A DNA stretch of 64,000 nucleotides from [Eubacterium] hominis. GTDB lineage: Bacteria; Bacillota_I; Bacilli_A; Erysipelotrichales; Erysipelotrichaceae. How positions within the stretch are numbered: position 1 is the stretch's first letter; every line of letters starts with the position of its first letter. Of this stretch, positions 40,375 to 51,898 are shown piece by piece. Under the pieces are notes generated by a model, which was not told the DNA's origin, made no database searches, and saw only the letters and a list, made by a program, of their open reading frames with translations. Both the position numbers and the translations under genes were made by a program. The DNA lies in the NCBI RefSeq assembly GCF_014337235.1, contig NZ_CP060636.1; one strand, given 5' to 3'.

Positions 40375-41400
40375 CTACATTTCTTTCATCTTTGGATCAA
40401 ATGCATCACGAAGTCCATCGGCCATCAGGTTGAAAGACAACATTAAGATTGCCAGTACGACAACAGGAATAACCAATAGGAATGGTGTAACAAGGAATGA
40501 TTTGAATCCATCATTAATTAATGTACCCAAAGAAGCCTGAGGACCTGGAATACCTAAACCAATCATTGCCAGTGTTGCTTCATAGAAGATTGCATTTGGA
40601 ATAGACATCATTGCCATAATAATAATTTGTCCGAAGATATTTGGCAGTACTTCTTTGAATATAATGAAAAAGCTGCTGGCACCCAGTGTTTTTGAAGCAA
40701 GAATAAATTCTTGTTCCTTTATTTTCAGAACTTGTGCACGTGTAATACGTGCCATACCAACCCATTCAGTTAATGCAAGGGCGATAATAATTGTATAAAG
40801 GCTGGGCTTCATCAATAACAATAATAATGTCAAAATAACAAGTGTAGGAATAGAGTTTACGATTTCTTGGAAACGCTGCATCAGATTATCAACTTTTCCA
40901 CCAAAATAGCCGGATACCATACCATAAATCATACCAATGAATACATTGATTAATACTGCGGCAGCAGCAACGAACAATGAAATACGACAGCCACTCCATA
41001 CACGTACCCATAAATCACGTCCTAAGTGATCAGTACCGAAAAAGTGGTAGGCATTGGCATAAATACCTTCATAGGTGTTAACACCAGATTTTCCATTGAA
41101 GATACCAATATTTTCGATAAATGGGATACGAGGCCCTAAGAACTGACGTGGGGCATCTACACCATCATACGTATATTGGGATAACATTGGGAAAATAATT
41201 GCACAGATAATGATAATCAAAACGATAATACCACCAATAATGGAGCCTTTATTCGCTTTAAAGCGTGTCCATACATCTCTTAGAAAAGATGTTGCGGGTG
41301 TTACGGCTTCACTACTGATTTTTTCAATATCACCAATAAATTCAAAATCATTTGGCTCAAAAACGATATTTTCTAATTCTTTATTTTCCATGATTGCCAT
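40375..41400 (-). CDS. oppC: oligopeptide ABC transporter permease
   Basis: BPD-transporter inner-membrane component with N-terminal OppC-type extension. Confidence 0.8.
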   Translation of the reverse strand: MAIMENKELENIVFEPNDFEFIGDIEKISSEAVTPATSFLRDVWTRFKANKGSIIGGIIVLIIIICAIIFPMLSQYTYDGVDAPRQFLGPRIPFIENIGIFNGKSGVNTYEGIYANAYHFFGTDHLGRDLWVRVWSGCRISLFVAAAAVLINVFIGMIYGMVSGYFGGKVDNLMQRFQEIVNSIPTLVILTLLLLLMKPSLYTIIIALALTEWVGMARITRAQVLKIKEQEFILASKTLGASSFFIIFKEVLPNIFGQIIIMAMMSIPNAIFYEATLAMIGLGIPGPQASLGTLINDGFKSFLVTPFLLVIPVVVLAILMLSFNLMADGLRDAFDPKMKEM

Positions 41401-41402
41401 GA

Positions 41403-42350
41403 TTAATTATCCCCCTTTCCTAAACGAATACGAGGATCGATAATACCATATAGAACATCAATCACAAGCATGATTACGATATACATAACACTATATAAGA
41501 AAGATACTGCCATGATAACATTATAATCACGTACTTCTATTGCTTTAACAAGTAAAGAACCAAGACCAGGCACAGCACAAACACTTTCTACAACCATACT
41601 ACCAGTCATTAAACCGACAATTAATGGTCCAAGAACTGTAATCACAGGTATCAATGAGTTACGTAGTGCATGTCTGAAAATAAGCGTTCTTTTATCCAAG
41701 CCTTTTGCTTGTGCAAGCAACATATAATCACTACCCAGTACTTCAATCATTTCCGTACGTGTAAAACGTGCCACGTTTGCGATAACGCCCATAGATAGGG
41801 CAACCATCGGCAAGAATCCGGTTTTGATAGGATCACTGGAATTAAAGACGATAGGGAAAATAGGAATTTCCACACCGAATATAATTAATAAGAAAAATAA
41901 GAAAACGAATGATGGAATACTGACACCTATAACAGAGAGCACTGTCGCAAAACTGTCCCAGAAAGTGTTTCTCTTTAGAGCTGCCAATATACCTAAAGCA
42001 ATACCAACTACAGCACCAATGATTACGGCGCCAATACCTAGCCCAAAGGAAATTGGAATTGCAGGTTTTACAAGGTCTACAACGTTCATGTTTCTTGCGA
42101 TACCAAAGGAAACTCCGAAGTCACCTTTTACCATGTTTTGTAAATATATAAAGAATTGTTGCCACATCGGCTTATCAAACCCGTACTTATGATAAATCAT
42201 GGCTTTTTGCGTTTCTGTTAGCTTTTCATCATTGAATGGAGTACCAGGCATGAAACGAATCATTAAAAACAGTACCAATACGATGATGAATAAGGTCACG
42301 ATTGAAATCAGTAGTCGCTTGCCGATATACTTCAATGTTGACTTATCCAT
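41403..42350 (-). CDS. oppB: oligopeptide ABC transporter permease
   Basis: 6-TM BPD permease; EAA-like loop. Confidence 0.8.
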   Translation of the reverse strand: MDKSTLKYIGKRLLISIVTLFIIVLVLFLMIRFMPGTPFNDEKLTETQKAMIYHKYGFDKPMWQQFFIYLQNMVKGDFGVSFGIARNMNVVDLVKPAIPISFGLGIGAVIIGAVVGIALGILAALKRNTFWDSFATVLSVIGVSIPSFVFLFFLLIIFGVEIPIFPIVFNSSDPIKTGFLPMVALSMGVIANVARFTRTEMIEVLGSDYMLLAQAKGLDKRTLIFRHALRNSLIPVITVLGPLIVGLMTGSMVVESVCAVPGLGSLLVKAIEVRDYNVIMAVSFLYSVMYIVIMLVIDVLYGIIDPRIRLGKGDN

Positions 42351-42440
42351 ATTTTTCCTCCTTATGAAAATGAAAGAGGCTGTTATAGAGAATGTCTAAG
42401 GTTAGTCATTCTAGTACAGCCCCTCATGTATATTCTTAAC

Positions 42441-44099
42441 CTATTCTGCTTTATCTAAGTTTTTATAGATAAATGGTACACCAACTGTGTGATTTTCAAT
42501 ACCAGTTACTTTTGGATTGATCAATGATGCGCCACCTGTCTGGAATACAGGTGATACTGCTGCATCGTCCAGAAGGATTTTTTCTGCTTCCTGTAATGCT
42601 GTCCAACGAGCTTTTGCATCAGCTGCATTAGCAGCATCCTGCATTTTAGCGTTATAAGCTTCACTTACATAGTCACCATAGTTATAAGAGTTGCCTTTTA
42701 ACATTAAGTTCAAGTAAGTAGTTGGATCTGCATAGTCAGGTCCCCAACGTGTTAATGTAATATCTGTTTCACGTTTTTTCTGCATTTCAATACGATTGTT
42801 CTTTTCCTGTTGAACCATTTCAATTGTTAAACCAGGAAGATTTTTCTGTAACTGAGATTGTAAGTATTCAGCAGCTGGTTTAGCTGGATCACTTGGTTCA
42901 AATAATAATTTTAAAGTGATTTCTTTAACACCTAATTCCTGAAGACCTTTTTCCCAATATTCTTGAGCTTTCTTTACTGAATCAGCAGCGTTTTCTGTGT
43001 AATAAGCAGGTGCTGTTTCACGATAATCTTTTCCATCAGGACCTGTAGACAATTCTTTTGGAATGAAACCTTCAGCTGCGATAGAGCCATCTTTTAATAC
43101 AGTATTTGCTAATTCCTGACGGTCAAATGCATAAGACAGAGCTAAACGGATGTTTTTGTTTGCAAGATATTTATTTCCAGTATCTACTCCATCACCAATG
43201 TTATACTGTAAGTACCATAAGTAGCCTTCCAGAATGTTCTTATATTTGTCTTTATCATTTTTATATTTGTCAACTAAAGCTGAATTCAATTTTGTATAAT
43301 CACAGTTGCCACTTTCGAAGTCTGCAGCACTTGTAGAAACCTGTGGTACGATGTTAACAACAAAGTTATCTACTTTAACATTTGCAGCATCCCAATATTT
43401 TTCATTTTTCTTAAATTCAACTTTACTCTTTAAATCATGCTTTGTCATTTTGAATGGACCATTTGCAAGCATGTTATCAGGTGTAATTGCATATTGATCA
43501 CCTTGAGCTTCTGCGAATTCTTCATTTACTGGGAAGAATACAGGGAATGCCATCAAGCTTAAGAAATATTCACATTTCTTTGAAAGTGTTACTTCTAATG
43601 TTTTATCATCAACAGCTTTAACGCCTAATTGATCTTTTAATTTTGCTTTTTCTTCATCAGTTCCAGCTGCTACGATATCAGCTGCCCCTTTGATACAAGC
43701 TCCATCCTCTGTAAATAAATATGCATATTCTGCATCTGAACTACTAACTGCACGTTTCCACGCATAAACGAAATCTGCAGCTGTGACTGGCTTATCGTTA
43801 TCCCATTTTGCATCTCTTAATTTGAAAGTATAAGTTAAACCATCTTTACTCATTTCATAAGATTCTGCTAGTGCGGGAATGACATTTCCATCTTTGTCTA
43901 CTGTTTCAAGACCTTCAACGGTTGCTGCGATCATTTCAAGGGACATACCATCTGTAGCATAAGTAGAATCCATTGAAATAAGGTCATTCTCTTTTGCAAT
44001 CGTTACGGTTTTACCTGAGGTTGAATCTTTTGATGAACCACAACCTGCAAGTGAGAAAACCATTAGCGCACATGCTAAGACTGACACTAATTTTTTCAT
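42441..44099 (-). CDS. oppA: oligopeptide-binding lipoprotein (family 5 SBP)
   Basis: lipobox SLAGC/GS; 552 aa; heads the opp operon. Confidence 0.8.
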   Translation of the reverse strand: MKKLVSVLACALMVFSLAGCGSSKDSTSGKTVTIAKENDLISMDSTYATDGMSLEMIAATVEGLETVDKDGNVIPALAESYEMSKDGLTYTFKLRDAKWDNDKPVTAADFVYAWKRAVSSSDAEYAYLFTEDGACIKGAADIVAAGTDEEKAKLKDQLGVKAVDDKTLEVTLSKKCEYFLSLMAFPVFFPVNEEFAEAQGDQYAITPDNMLANGPFKMTKHDLKSKVEFKKNEKYWDAANVKVDNFVVNIVPQVSTSAADFESGNCDYTKLNSALVDKYKNDKDKYKNILEGYLWYLQYNIGDGVDTGNKYLANKNIRLALSYAFDRQELANTVLKDGSIAAEGFIPKELSTGPDGKDYRETAPAYYTENAADSVKKAQEYWEKGLQELGVKEITLKLLFEPSDPAKPAAEYLQSQLQKNLPGLTIEMVQQEKNNRIEMQKKRETDITLTRWGPDYADPTTYLNLMLKGNSYNYGDYVSEAYNAKMQDAANAADAKARWTALQEAEKILLDDAAVSPVFQTGGASLINPKVTGIENHTVGVPFIYKNLDKAE

Positions 44100-44479
44100 A
44101 CCAATTCCTCCTCTTTTTGATTGATAATAAAAATGTTCAAGGGTCTACAGTATATAATTGTTAGCTGTTCTCCATTGAACATTTTCATATTTATCATTAT
44201 AAGTGCTTTTCACAAATTTGCAATACTTTTTTCACAATTTTACAGACAAAATGTAAATAATTTGTGATAATTTTATGAAATGTGTTACATTTTAACATAA
44301 ATATAACAAAATGTATTTTCTAATAATAAAAGTGCTAAATTTGTTCAACAATCAAAATCATTTGTTTTTCAATCGTGATATATTTATGTGATTCACATCA
44401 TATTCTTTTCCTGTCAAAATGAAAAATTCTTACATTATGACAAGAATATATAAAAAAGCAGTAACATCTACGTTACTGC

Positions 44480-45463
44480 CTAGTTACGGTCTGCGTCAAA
44501 TACAATACCGCCATCTTTTCTTGCTGTTTCATAAACTTCCATGACCATTTGAGAATAATCTAACAATTTCCAACATGTATCATAGTCTTTTTCATGAACG
44601 ATTTTCACAAAATCTTTCAATTCATAATATAACGCATCTTCATTCTGACTAATCGCAAGAGATTGATTTTCATTTCCTACATTCAACATTGCATTTGCAC
44701 AGCGGCTTGTTTCTGAATCAACCGTGATATATCCTTTTTCACCTTGAATTTGCGCAATACAATGACTCTTTGTATCTTTACAGCCAACACACACAGCTTT
44801 AAAGCCATCATATTCTAAAATCGCAACACCACTGGTATCAATACCATTTTCATGTAAATTAGGATAATAATGAATCTGTGCAGGTCTGCCAAATAATCCC
44901 ATCACAAAGTGCAGATTATAAATATTGATATCGGATAACGCACCTCCACTAAATGCTGGATTAAATACATTTGGCGTTTCTCCAGCTAAGAATTTATCAT
45001 AACGGGAAGAGTATTGGGAGAAGTTGCACTGTACCATGCGGATTTTCCCAAGGCGTGATAAATTTTCTTTCACTGCCAGATAATTTGGCATATGAATTGT
45101 TACGATCGCTTCAAACAGAAATAACTGTTTTTCCTTAGCCAGCTGTTTTAATTCCATAAATTCTTTTACTGTAGATGTAAACGGCTTTTCACAGATGACA
45201 TGTTTTCCTGCCAATAAAGCTTCTTTCGCATAGCTATAATGCAAACTGTTAGGGGATGCGATATACACTGTATCAATATCGTTATTCGCAAGCATTTCCT
45301 TATAATCTGTATAAATATTTTTTATACCGTATTTCTCACTTAATGGGCGTGCACTCTCTTCTTTTCTGGAATACATGCCAACTGCTTCTACTCCTTCATT
45401 TTGTTTTACTGCATTTAAAAACCAATCCACAATAAATCCAGTACCAATTGTTCCAACTTTCAT
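44480..45463 (-). CDS. Gfo/Idh/MocA-family NAD(P)-dependent oxidoreductase
   Basis: N-terminal Rossmann fold MKVGTIGTGFI and EKPF motif. Confidence 0.75.
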   Translation of the reverse strand: MKVGTIGTGFIVDWFLNAVKQNEGVEAVGMYSRKEESARPLSEKYGIKNIYTDYKEMLANNDIDTVYIASPNSLHYSYAKEALLAGKHVICEKPFTSTVKEFMELKQLAKEKQLFLFEAIVTIHMPNYLAVKENLSRLGKIRMVQCNFSQYSSRYDKFLAGETPNVFNPAFSGGALSDINIYNLHFVMGLFGRPAQIHYYPNLHENGIDTSGVAILEYDGFKAVCVGCKDTKSHCIAQIQGEKGYITVDSETSRCANAMLNVGNENQSLAISQNEDALYYELKDFVKIVHEKDYDTCWKLLDYSQMVMEVYETARKDGGIVFDADRN

Positions 45464-45663
45464 TTGATGATCCTCCTTCTTTCAGGTTTCTTTCCTTTAA
45501 TATATCATAGAAATCCTCCCTCAAAAAGGATTTTCGAGAAACATTTCACGATTGTTTGATTCTTAACTTTTTCTAACATATCTTAATATTTTCCTGCTTA
45601 TGGTAAATTTTGATTGTGTTTCTTCACTTGTTTTGTATAATGTAGGTAAGAGAGGTTACGCAT

Positions 45664-46053
45664 ATGAAAATAATGGAAGTTGTTTGTGGGGTAATGAAAA
45701 AAGATCATCAAGTTTTCATTGCCAAAAGAGGCAGTGGTGTACATGAAAACATGTGGGAGTTTCCAGGTGGCAAGGTAGAGCCTGAAGAAACAAAAGAAGA
45801 GGCAATCATCAGAGAATTAAAGGAAGAACTGGATATTGATGTGGAGGTAGAAAGATTTCTTGTGGATGTATTGGATAAACGAGAAGATATCTGTATTCAT
45901 GTCAGTGCATATTTATGTAATATAAGGAAAGGAACGCCTGTTTTGCATGTACATCATGAAATGGCCTGGGTCAGTGCTAATGAGTTAGATTCTTACACAT
46001 TTGAGGCCGCAGATGAAGCAATTCTACAATGCGTAAAAAGGGAAATCACATGA
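45664..46053 (+). CDS. NUDIX hydrolase (MutT-like)
   Basis: Nudix box GGKVEPEETKEEAIIRELKEELDI. Confidence 0.8.
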   Translation: MKIMEVVCGVMKKDHQVFIAKRGSGVHENMWEFPGGKVEPEETKEEAIIRELKEELDIDVEVERFLVDVLDKREDICIHVSAYLCNIRKGTPVLHVHHEMAWVSANELDSYTFEAADEAILQCVKREIT

Positions 46054-47237
46054 AAAATAAAAAAGCAATTCTTATCTTTATCATCGGGGTCGTATTAACA
46101 TTAATCTCAATCCCATATATGTTCATAAAGCTTTTGATGTTTACATGGTCTACTACACAACAATGGCTATCTTGGGTGTTGTTTGCTACTGTCATGATAT
46201 GTTATGTCTGGGTATGGCGTAATATCATACATTTTATTCATTTTCAAAAGCTGCTTGTATGGAAAAAGCAGCTGATCTATATAGTATGTATTCTACTATG
46301 TGGTGGGACTGTGGTATCTTTTCAGTTATATCATGCATGGGAACATCGCTTTGAAACAATATCCACAGAAGTAGATTTAGAAGAATATAAACCATTTGCA
46401 TCTGATCGAATCGCAAAACTAGATGAAGCTTCATCTTTACAAATCAAAGCACCGCTTCCGGTATTAGATGGCGCAACTGCTTTATATCCGATTTATTCAG
46501 CTTTTGCTCAGGCGATATATCCGCAAGATACTTATTCACCATATGATTCAAAAGTCATTTGCGCAACTACCCCTTATGCTTATGAAAATCTATTGAATAA
46601 AACTTCTGATATCATTTTTGTTGGTGGTCCTAGTGAGAAACAGAAAAAGATGTTTTCTGATGCGGGGGAAGAATTGGTTTATACACCAATTGGAAAAGAA
46701 GGCTTTGTATTCTTTGTGAATAAGGATAATCCTGTAACTTCATTAACATCCCAGCAGATAAAAGATATCTATAGTGGGAAAATCACGAATTGGAAAGAAG
46801 TTGGTGGAAAGGATTCTGAAATACGGGCATTCCAGCGACCTGAAGGCAGTGGCTCACAAAGTGCCATGCTTCGCTTTATGGGAAATACGCCATTAAAAGA
46901 ACCTATTACAGAAGATGTGCCAGAAGGAATGGGTGGTATCATATCACAAACCGCAGATTATCAAAACCGTGAAAATGCGATAGGATATTCTTTTCGTTTT
47001 TATGCCAGTGAGATGGCTTCAAATGATAAAATAAGGTTATTAGAAATTGATGGAGTCGCACCAACAAAGGAGAATATCCAAAATGGCACTTATCCATCCA
47101 GTAGTTTTTATGCGATAACATTAAAAAGCAATACAAATGAAAAAGTAAAACAAATATTAGAATGGATCGTTTCGAATCAGGGACAAGAATTAGTAGAAAA
47201 AACGGGCTATGTAAGTGAATCATTCAGTAATAAATAA
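46050..47237 (+). CDS. membrane-anchored PstS-family (phosphate-binding-protein-like) substrate-binding domain protein
   Basis: three N-terminal TMs then PBP-like domain (LDGATALYP, RPEGSGSQSAM); start overlaps NUDIX stop. Confidence 0.45.
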   Translation: MKNKKAILIFIIGVVLTLISIPYMFIKLLMFTWSTTQQWLSWVLFATVMICYVWVWRNIIHFIHFQKLLVWKKQLIYIVCILLCGGTVVSFQLYHAWEHRFETISTEVDLEEYKPFASDRIAKLDEASSLQIKAPLPVLDGATALYPIYSAFAQAIYPQDTYSPYDSKVICATTPYAYENLLNKTSDIIFVGGPSEKQKKMFSDAGEELVYTPIGKEGFVFFVNKDNPVTSLTSQQIKDIYSGKITNWKEVGGKDSEIRAFQRPEGSGSQSAMLRFMGNTPLKEPITEDVPEGMGGIISQTADYQNRENAIGYSFRFYASEMASNDKIRLLEIDGVAPTKENIQNGTYPSSSFYAITLKSNTNEKVKQILEWIVSNQGQELVEKTGYVSESFSNK

Positions 47238-47251
47238 GGCAGGTGAAGCAT

Positions 47252-48478
47252 ATGCAGAAAACAGATGAAGTAAAGGTTATGCGTGATCCCATTCATGGAT
47301 ATATTCATGTAGATGAACAGGTGATTTGGGATTGTATCAATGCAAAAGAGTTTCAAAGATTACGAAGAATTCATCAATTAGGCGGAGATTTTCAGGTATA
47401 TCATACCGCAGAGCATACCCGGTTTTCTCACTCACTTGGGGTGTATGAAATCGTTAGACGAATGGTTGGTGAAATTCCACATTTAAAGGAAAGTCTGAAT
47501 GAATATGAAAAAGTAACCGCAATGCTGGCGGGCTTGCTACATGATATAGGACATGGGCCTTTCTCTCATGCTTTTGAAGGTATCTCTGCACTGAAACATG
47601 AAGAATATACAGTTAAAATCATTTTGGAAAATAGTGAAATTCATCATATACTTGAAGCAGTTGATCCTAATTTGCCGAAGGATGTTGCCAGTATCATTAC
47701 CTATCAGCACCCTAAAGAATGCATGAATCAGTTAGTGAGTGGACAGTTGGATGCCGATCGTATGGATTATTTGTTGCGTGATGCTTATTTTACAGGTACC
47801 AGTTATGGAAATTTTGATCTGGAGAGAATTCTTCGTACCATTCGTATGGTAGATGGAAGAATCGTCGTAAAAGAAAGTGGTATTCATAGTGTGGAAGATT
47901 ATATCATGGCTCGTTATCATATGTACTGGCAGGTGTATCTACATCCTGTCGCAAGAAGCTATGAGGCATTATTAACCGTATTGTTTAAACGTTTAAAGGA
48001 TTTGTATCGAATAGATACATCTATTTGTGAAGCAGTCCCTATGTTTGCACCGTTTTTATCAGGAGAAGCTGCCAGTATTGAAGCGTTATATGAACTGGAT
48101 GAAGCAGCTGCTTTGTATGGCTTATCCTGCTTGATCAAATGGAAAGATGATATTGCTAAAGATTTATCATATCGTATTTTAAATCGAAAACTGTTTGAAT
48201 ACAAAACGATAAGAAACTCAGAAGATGATAAGGATATCATTTCAGAAGTAGAAAAACTGGGATATAATCCTGAATATTATGTATTTCATGATGCAGTATC
48301 ACAAACACCTTACTCACCATATGCCAGAAATGAAAATGGACATAACATCTGGGTATTAGAAAAAGATGGTTCTGTTGTGGAATTATCAAAGGCCAGTGAT
48401 ATTGTTAAAGCATTAACGAATGCTGATTTAAAAGAAGAAAAAAAGGTTTATTATCCAGTAGAACATCTGGTTCTATAA
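47252..48478 (+). CDS. HD-domain phosphohydrolase (dNTP triphosphohydrolase-like, YwfO-type)
   Basis: RFSHSLGV...HDIGHGPFSH HD motif; 408 aa. Confidence 0.7.
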   Translation: MQKTDEVKVMRDPIHGYIHVDEQVIWDCINAKEFQRLRRIHQLGGDFQVYHTAEHTRFSHSLGVYEIVRRMVGEIPHLKESLNEYEKVTAMLAGLLHDIGHGPFSHAFEGISALKHEEYTVKIILENSEIHHILEAVDPNLPKDVASIITYQHPKECMNQLVSGQLDADRMDYLLRDAYFTGTSYGNFDLERILRTIRMVDGRIVVKESGIHSVEDYIMARYHMYWQVYLHPVARSYEALLTVLFKRLKDLYRIDTSICEAVPMFAPFLSGEAASIEALYELDEAAALYGLSCLIKWKDDIAKDLSYRILNRKLFEYKTIRNSEDDKDIISEVEKLGYNPEYYVFHDAVSQTPYSPYARNENGHNIWVLEKDGSVVELSKASDIVKALTNADLKEEKKVYYPVEHLVL

Positions 48479-48636
48479 AGGCAAGTTGGAAAAGATTGCA
48501 CATCCACTTTTGATCAGAAAGATTTAACAGCTGCCAGATTACAGTATTTTATGAGAAATGATATCTGGAAGGATCGCTTTAGCGAAAGTTGTGAAAATGG
48601 ATGAACTTTTAAAAATGATAAAGGAGTTGTAATGTT

Positions 48637-49191
48637 ATGAATCATAAAGGCAGTGTGGAACTATTAACAAAACGATTGTTGTTGCGCCCTTTCCGAATGG
48701 AAGATGCATATGCTATGTATGAAAATTGGGCAAGTGATGAGGAAGTTGTAAAATATCTTCGCTGGCCTGCACATCAAGATGTGACAATATCTCAAAAGGT
48801 ATTATCACAATGGACTTCTCATTATCATGAACCTGATTATTATCAATGGGCGATTGAATTAAGAGAAAGTCATCAAATCATTGGAAGCATAAGTGTTGTA
48901 AGTAAAAATGAAGAAGTTGGTATGGTACATATTGGCTATTGTATTGGCAGAACATGGTGGCATCAGGGGTATACAAGTGAAGCGTTAGAACGGTTGATTA
49001 CATTCTTTTTTGAGGATGTGCAAGTCAATCGTATTGAATCACAACATGATCCTAATAACCCGAATTCTGGTCGAGTCATGGCACATTGTGGAATGAAAAA
49101 AGAAGGAATCCATCGTCAAGCGGATATCAGCAATCAAGGTATCGTGGATGCATGTATGTATGCGATACTCGCAAGTGATGTAAGAAAATAA
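48637..49191 (+). CDS. GNAT-family N-acetyltransferase (RimJ/RimL-like)
   Basis: LLLRPFRMEDA N-terminus, conserved acetyltransferase core; terminator 49197-49232 follows. Confidence 0.7.
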   Translation: MNHKGSVELLTKRLLLRPFRMEDAYAMYENWASDEEVVKYLRWPAHQDVTISQKVLSQWTSHYHEPDYYQWAIELRESHQIIGSISVVSKNEEVGMVHIGYCIGRTWWHQGYTSEALERLITFFFEDVQVNRIESQHDPNNPNSGRVMAHCGMKKEGIHRQADISNQGIVDACMYAILASDVRK

Positions 49192-49266
49192 ACTACCCCA
49201 TGGCAAACCCGTGGGGTAGTAATTTTTGTTGTACTTAATCTTTGAATTCATTATGTTTATCAATAT

Positions 49267-49962
49267 TTAATCGTTTAGAATAGGTCCTTTTACAACTTCC
49301 ATATCAATTTCTTTGTATGTTACATTTCCATGGCCATCACTGGCTTTAATGATGATTTTATGATTACCAAGATTCTTTGTGTTAATTTCTTGATTATCAG
49401 TTCTTTCATAAGCCTTTTTGTAATCACGTTCTAAATCGGTATTTGAGAAGGTCACAATATATCCAGGATAAAAACGATTGAACTCTTTATTTTGAACAAG
49501 TGGAATTTTTTCTTTACTTTTCATATCATAAATATCAAGATCTTTTGTGATATCATAAGTCTTACCAGCTTCCACTTTGATTTTATCTTCACCTTTATAA
49601 TTGATAATAGGAGCTTTTGTATCATCGATCAATAGAGTATACTTGTGTTCATACTTTTTATCTTTATACTCAACAGAAACATTTAAATCAATAATTCTTC
49701 CAACGTTATTTTCATCATAGGTGTAGTTAATCTTGCAATCTTCTTTTTTTACATCACTTCTGAAAGTATGATACATTTCGGTATCTGGAATAGCTTCACC
49801 CCATTCAAGAACGATTGCTCCATGTCCATCAATTCCACCGTTTAGTTCAAGGAATGTAACAGGGGGTTGTGTTTCCTCTGTTTTGGCATTCTGACATCCA
49901 CTTAACAATGCCATAAAACAAGGAATTAGTACAAAAATAGTTGTCTTTTTTAGTTTCTTCAT
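49267..49962 (-). CDS. hypothetical lipoprotein
   Basis: lipobox ALLSGC/QNA; RBS aaaaaaggaggg. Confidence 0.5.
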   Translation of the reverse strand: MKKLKKTTIFVLIPCFMALLSGCQNAKTEETQPPVTFLELNGGIDGHGAIVLEWGEAIPDTEMYHTFRSDVKKEDCKINYTYDENNVGRIIDLNVSVEYKDKKYEHKYTLLIDDTKAPIINYKGEDKIKVEAGKTYDITKDLDIYDMKSKEKIPLVQNKEFNRFYPGYIVTFSNTDLERDYKKAYERTDNQEINTKNLGNHKIIIKASDGHGNVTYKEIDMEVVKGPILND

Positions 49963-50590
49963 AATAAAAACCCTCCTTTTTTGTTTTATCATAGAGCCTC
50001 CATATATAGACTTAATGAACTTTATGCCCATCGTGTAAGTCTTTAATTGATTAGTCGTAAGATGATAATTTGTGTTTTTGATGAAGAAGCTAGTGAATGA
50101 TAGCTTTTTTATAAGTCATTTTAAACTATTTTTTGTAAACGTTTTCTAATATAATAATACCATATAAAGGTTGTTTGTCAATGATGTATATATCGTAAAA
50201 TATTTATAATAAGTTTGACAAGGAATAAAAGGAATACAATAATCTAAAAACATTTTTTATATAGGAAAAGAGAATATTCATGAACACAAAAAAACGTTAA
50301 CTTTTATTTATTGAATAATTATATATCAAATATTTAAAAATAATAATTTTAGTTTCCCTATTTTAGCGCCTATAATCTTAATATTAGAACTTTTCACAAT
50401 CAATAATAGTGATTCTAGTGAAATACTGATATTGTCAATATTATAAATTTATGCTACATATTGTTATTATTGATGTTTGCAGACTTATATTCATTAGTAA
50501 TATTTTAATCAGTATTTTTCAATAAATGAATAAAAAACGTTAAAAATCATATAATAAAAATGAATATTTGCATAAAATATGCAAAATTCT

Positions 50591-50619
50591 TTGACAAAAC
50601 AGTTATATGGAGGTATTAT
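50591..50619 (+). promoter_or_regulatory. sigma-70-type promoter TTGACA-N17-TATTAT for the ATPase/HEPN pair
   Basis: exact -35 hexamer, 17-bp spacer, near-consensus -10; ~25-nt leader with RBS aaaaaggag before ATG 50645. Confidence 0.5.
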
Positions 50620-50644
50620 GAAAATGAAAAAGGAGATGGATATC

Positions 50645-51898
50645 ATGTTGTTAGAGTTTTCTTGTTCAAATTATAAATCAATTATGAATAAAGTTACATT
50701 TTCATTTTTAGCAAGTAAAGACGACACGTATGAAGATGAACTGAAATCATTTTCTAATTTTAAGGTATTAAGATCTGCTGTGATTTATGGACCAAATGGA
50801 TCTGGGAAAAGTAACTTTTTGAACGCGATTGAATTTATGCAAGGGCTAATTCTAAATAGTATAAATTATCAACCCGGAGATGATATCTCGCAATACGCAC
50901 ATAAATTAAGTGGAGATGAAACACCTTCTATTTTTTCAATGCAGTTTATAAAAAATGATATCCGATATGCCTATGGATTCTCATTACGAAATAGGTCAGT
51001 TGACGAAGAATATCTATATTATTTCCCTAAGAATAGACAAGTTAAAATTTTTGAAAGAAAAGGAATTAGCATTAAACCTGGCGATAAATACAAATCCGCA
51101 TTTGAACTAAGTTATGAAGTTTTAAAAGAAAATAGATTGTTTTTATCATGTGCAGCTAATTTTTCAAAAATAAAAGAGATTGAACAAGCCTTTTTGTTCT
51201 TTAAGGAAGATATTGTGGTCTATAATCCAGAAGTAAATAACTGGACAGAATACTCCATGAAGCTAATACAAAAAAATGAAAAAATTAAGGAGATTTTTAT
51301 TAATATTTTAAATTCTCTTGGTACAGGAATCAGGGACATCGATACAAAATTTGAAAAAAGAAATATTAGAGTTACAGATTTATCTAAGGAAATGCCAGAT
51401 ACTTTAAAATCTTTGCTATTTGGTGAAACAAATCAATTAAGTGTAAAGTTAATTTATGATCATTTTGAAACAGATTTAGTGAGTGAAGAATCAAGAGGTG
51501 TTAAGAAATTATTTGAAGTAATTTGTCCTATCATAGATATATTAAAGAATGGTAAAATTCTTATATGTGATGAGATTGAAACCAGTCTACATGAATCCAT
51601 CGTTTGGGAAATAGTGTCATTGTTTAAAAAAGCACAAACAAATAAATTTGCTCAATTACTTTTTACTACTCATGATACTAGTTTATTAGACTCAAAGCTA
51701 TTTAGAAGAGATCAGATTTGGTTTACTGAATTAGATGATAGTAGATCAACTGATTTATATTCGTTAGCAGAAATCAAGAATGTAAGAAAGACAGAAAACC
51801 TTAGAAATGGATATATGTTAGGCAAATATAGAGCAATGCCAATCATGAGTCAGAATATTTATTCTTTATTTAACGACGATAAAAAAGAAGGTGTTTAG
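50645..51898 (+). CDS. ABC-type (AAA_15/AAA_21-like) ATPase of a putative two-gene defence/abortive-infection module
   Basis: N-terminal MLLEFSCSNYKSI...VIYGPNGSGKSNFLNAIEF Walker A; C-terminal ILICDEIETSLHESIV Walker B/D-loop and LFTTHDTSLLD H-loop. Confidence 0.75.
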   Translation: MLLEFSCSNYKSIMNKVTFSFLASKDDTYEDELKSFSNFKVLRSAVIYGPNGSGKSNFLNAIEFMQGLILNSINYQPGDDISQYAHKLSGDETPSIFSMQFIKNDIRYAYGFSLRNRSVDEEYLYYFPKNRQVKIFERKGISIKPGDKYKSAFELSYEVLKENRLFLSCAANFSKIKEIEQAFLFFKEDIVVYNPEVNNWTEYSMKLIQKNEKIKEIFINILNSLGTGIRDIDTKFEKRNIRVTDLSKEMPDTLKSLLFGETNQLSVKLIYDHFETDLVSEESRGVKKLFEVICPIIDILKNGKILICDEIETSLHESIVWEIVSLFKKAQTNKFAQLLFTTHDTSLLDSKLFRRDQIWFTELDDSRSTDLYSLAEIKNVRKTENLRNGYMLGKYRAMPIMSQNIYSLFNDDKKEGV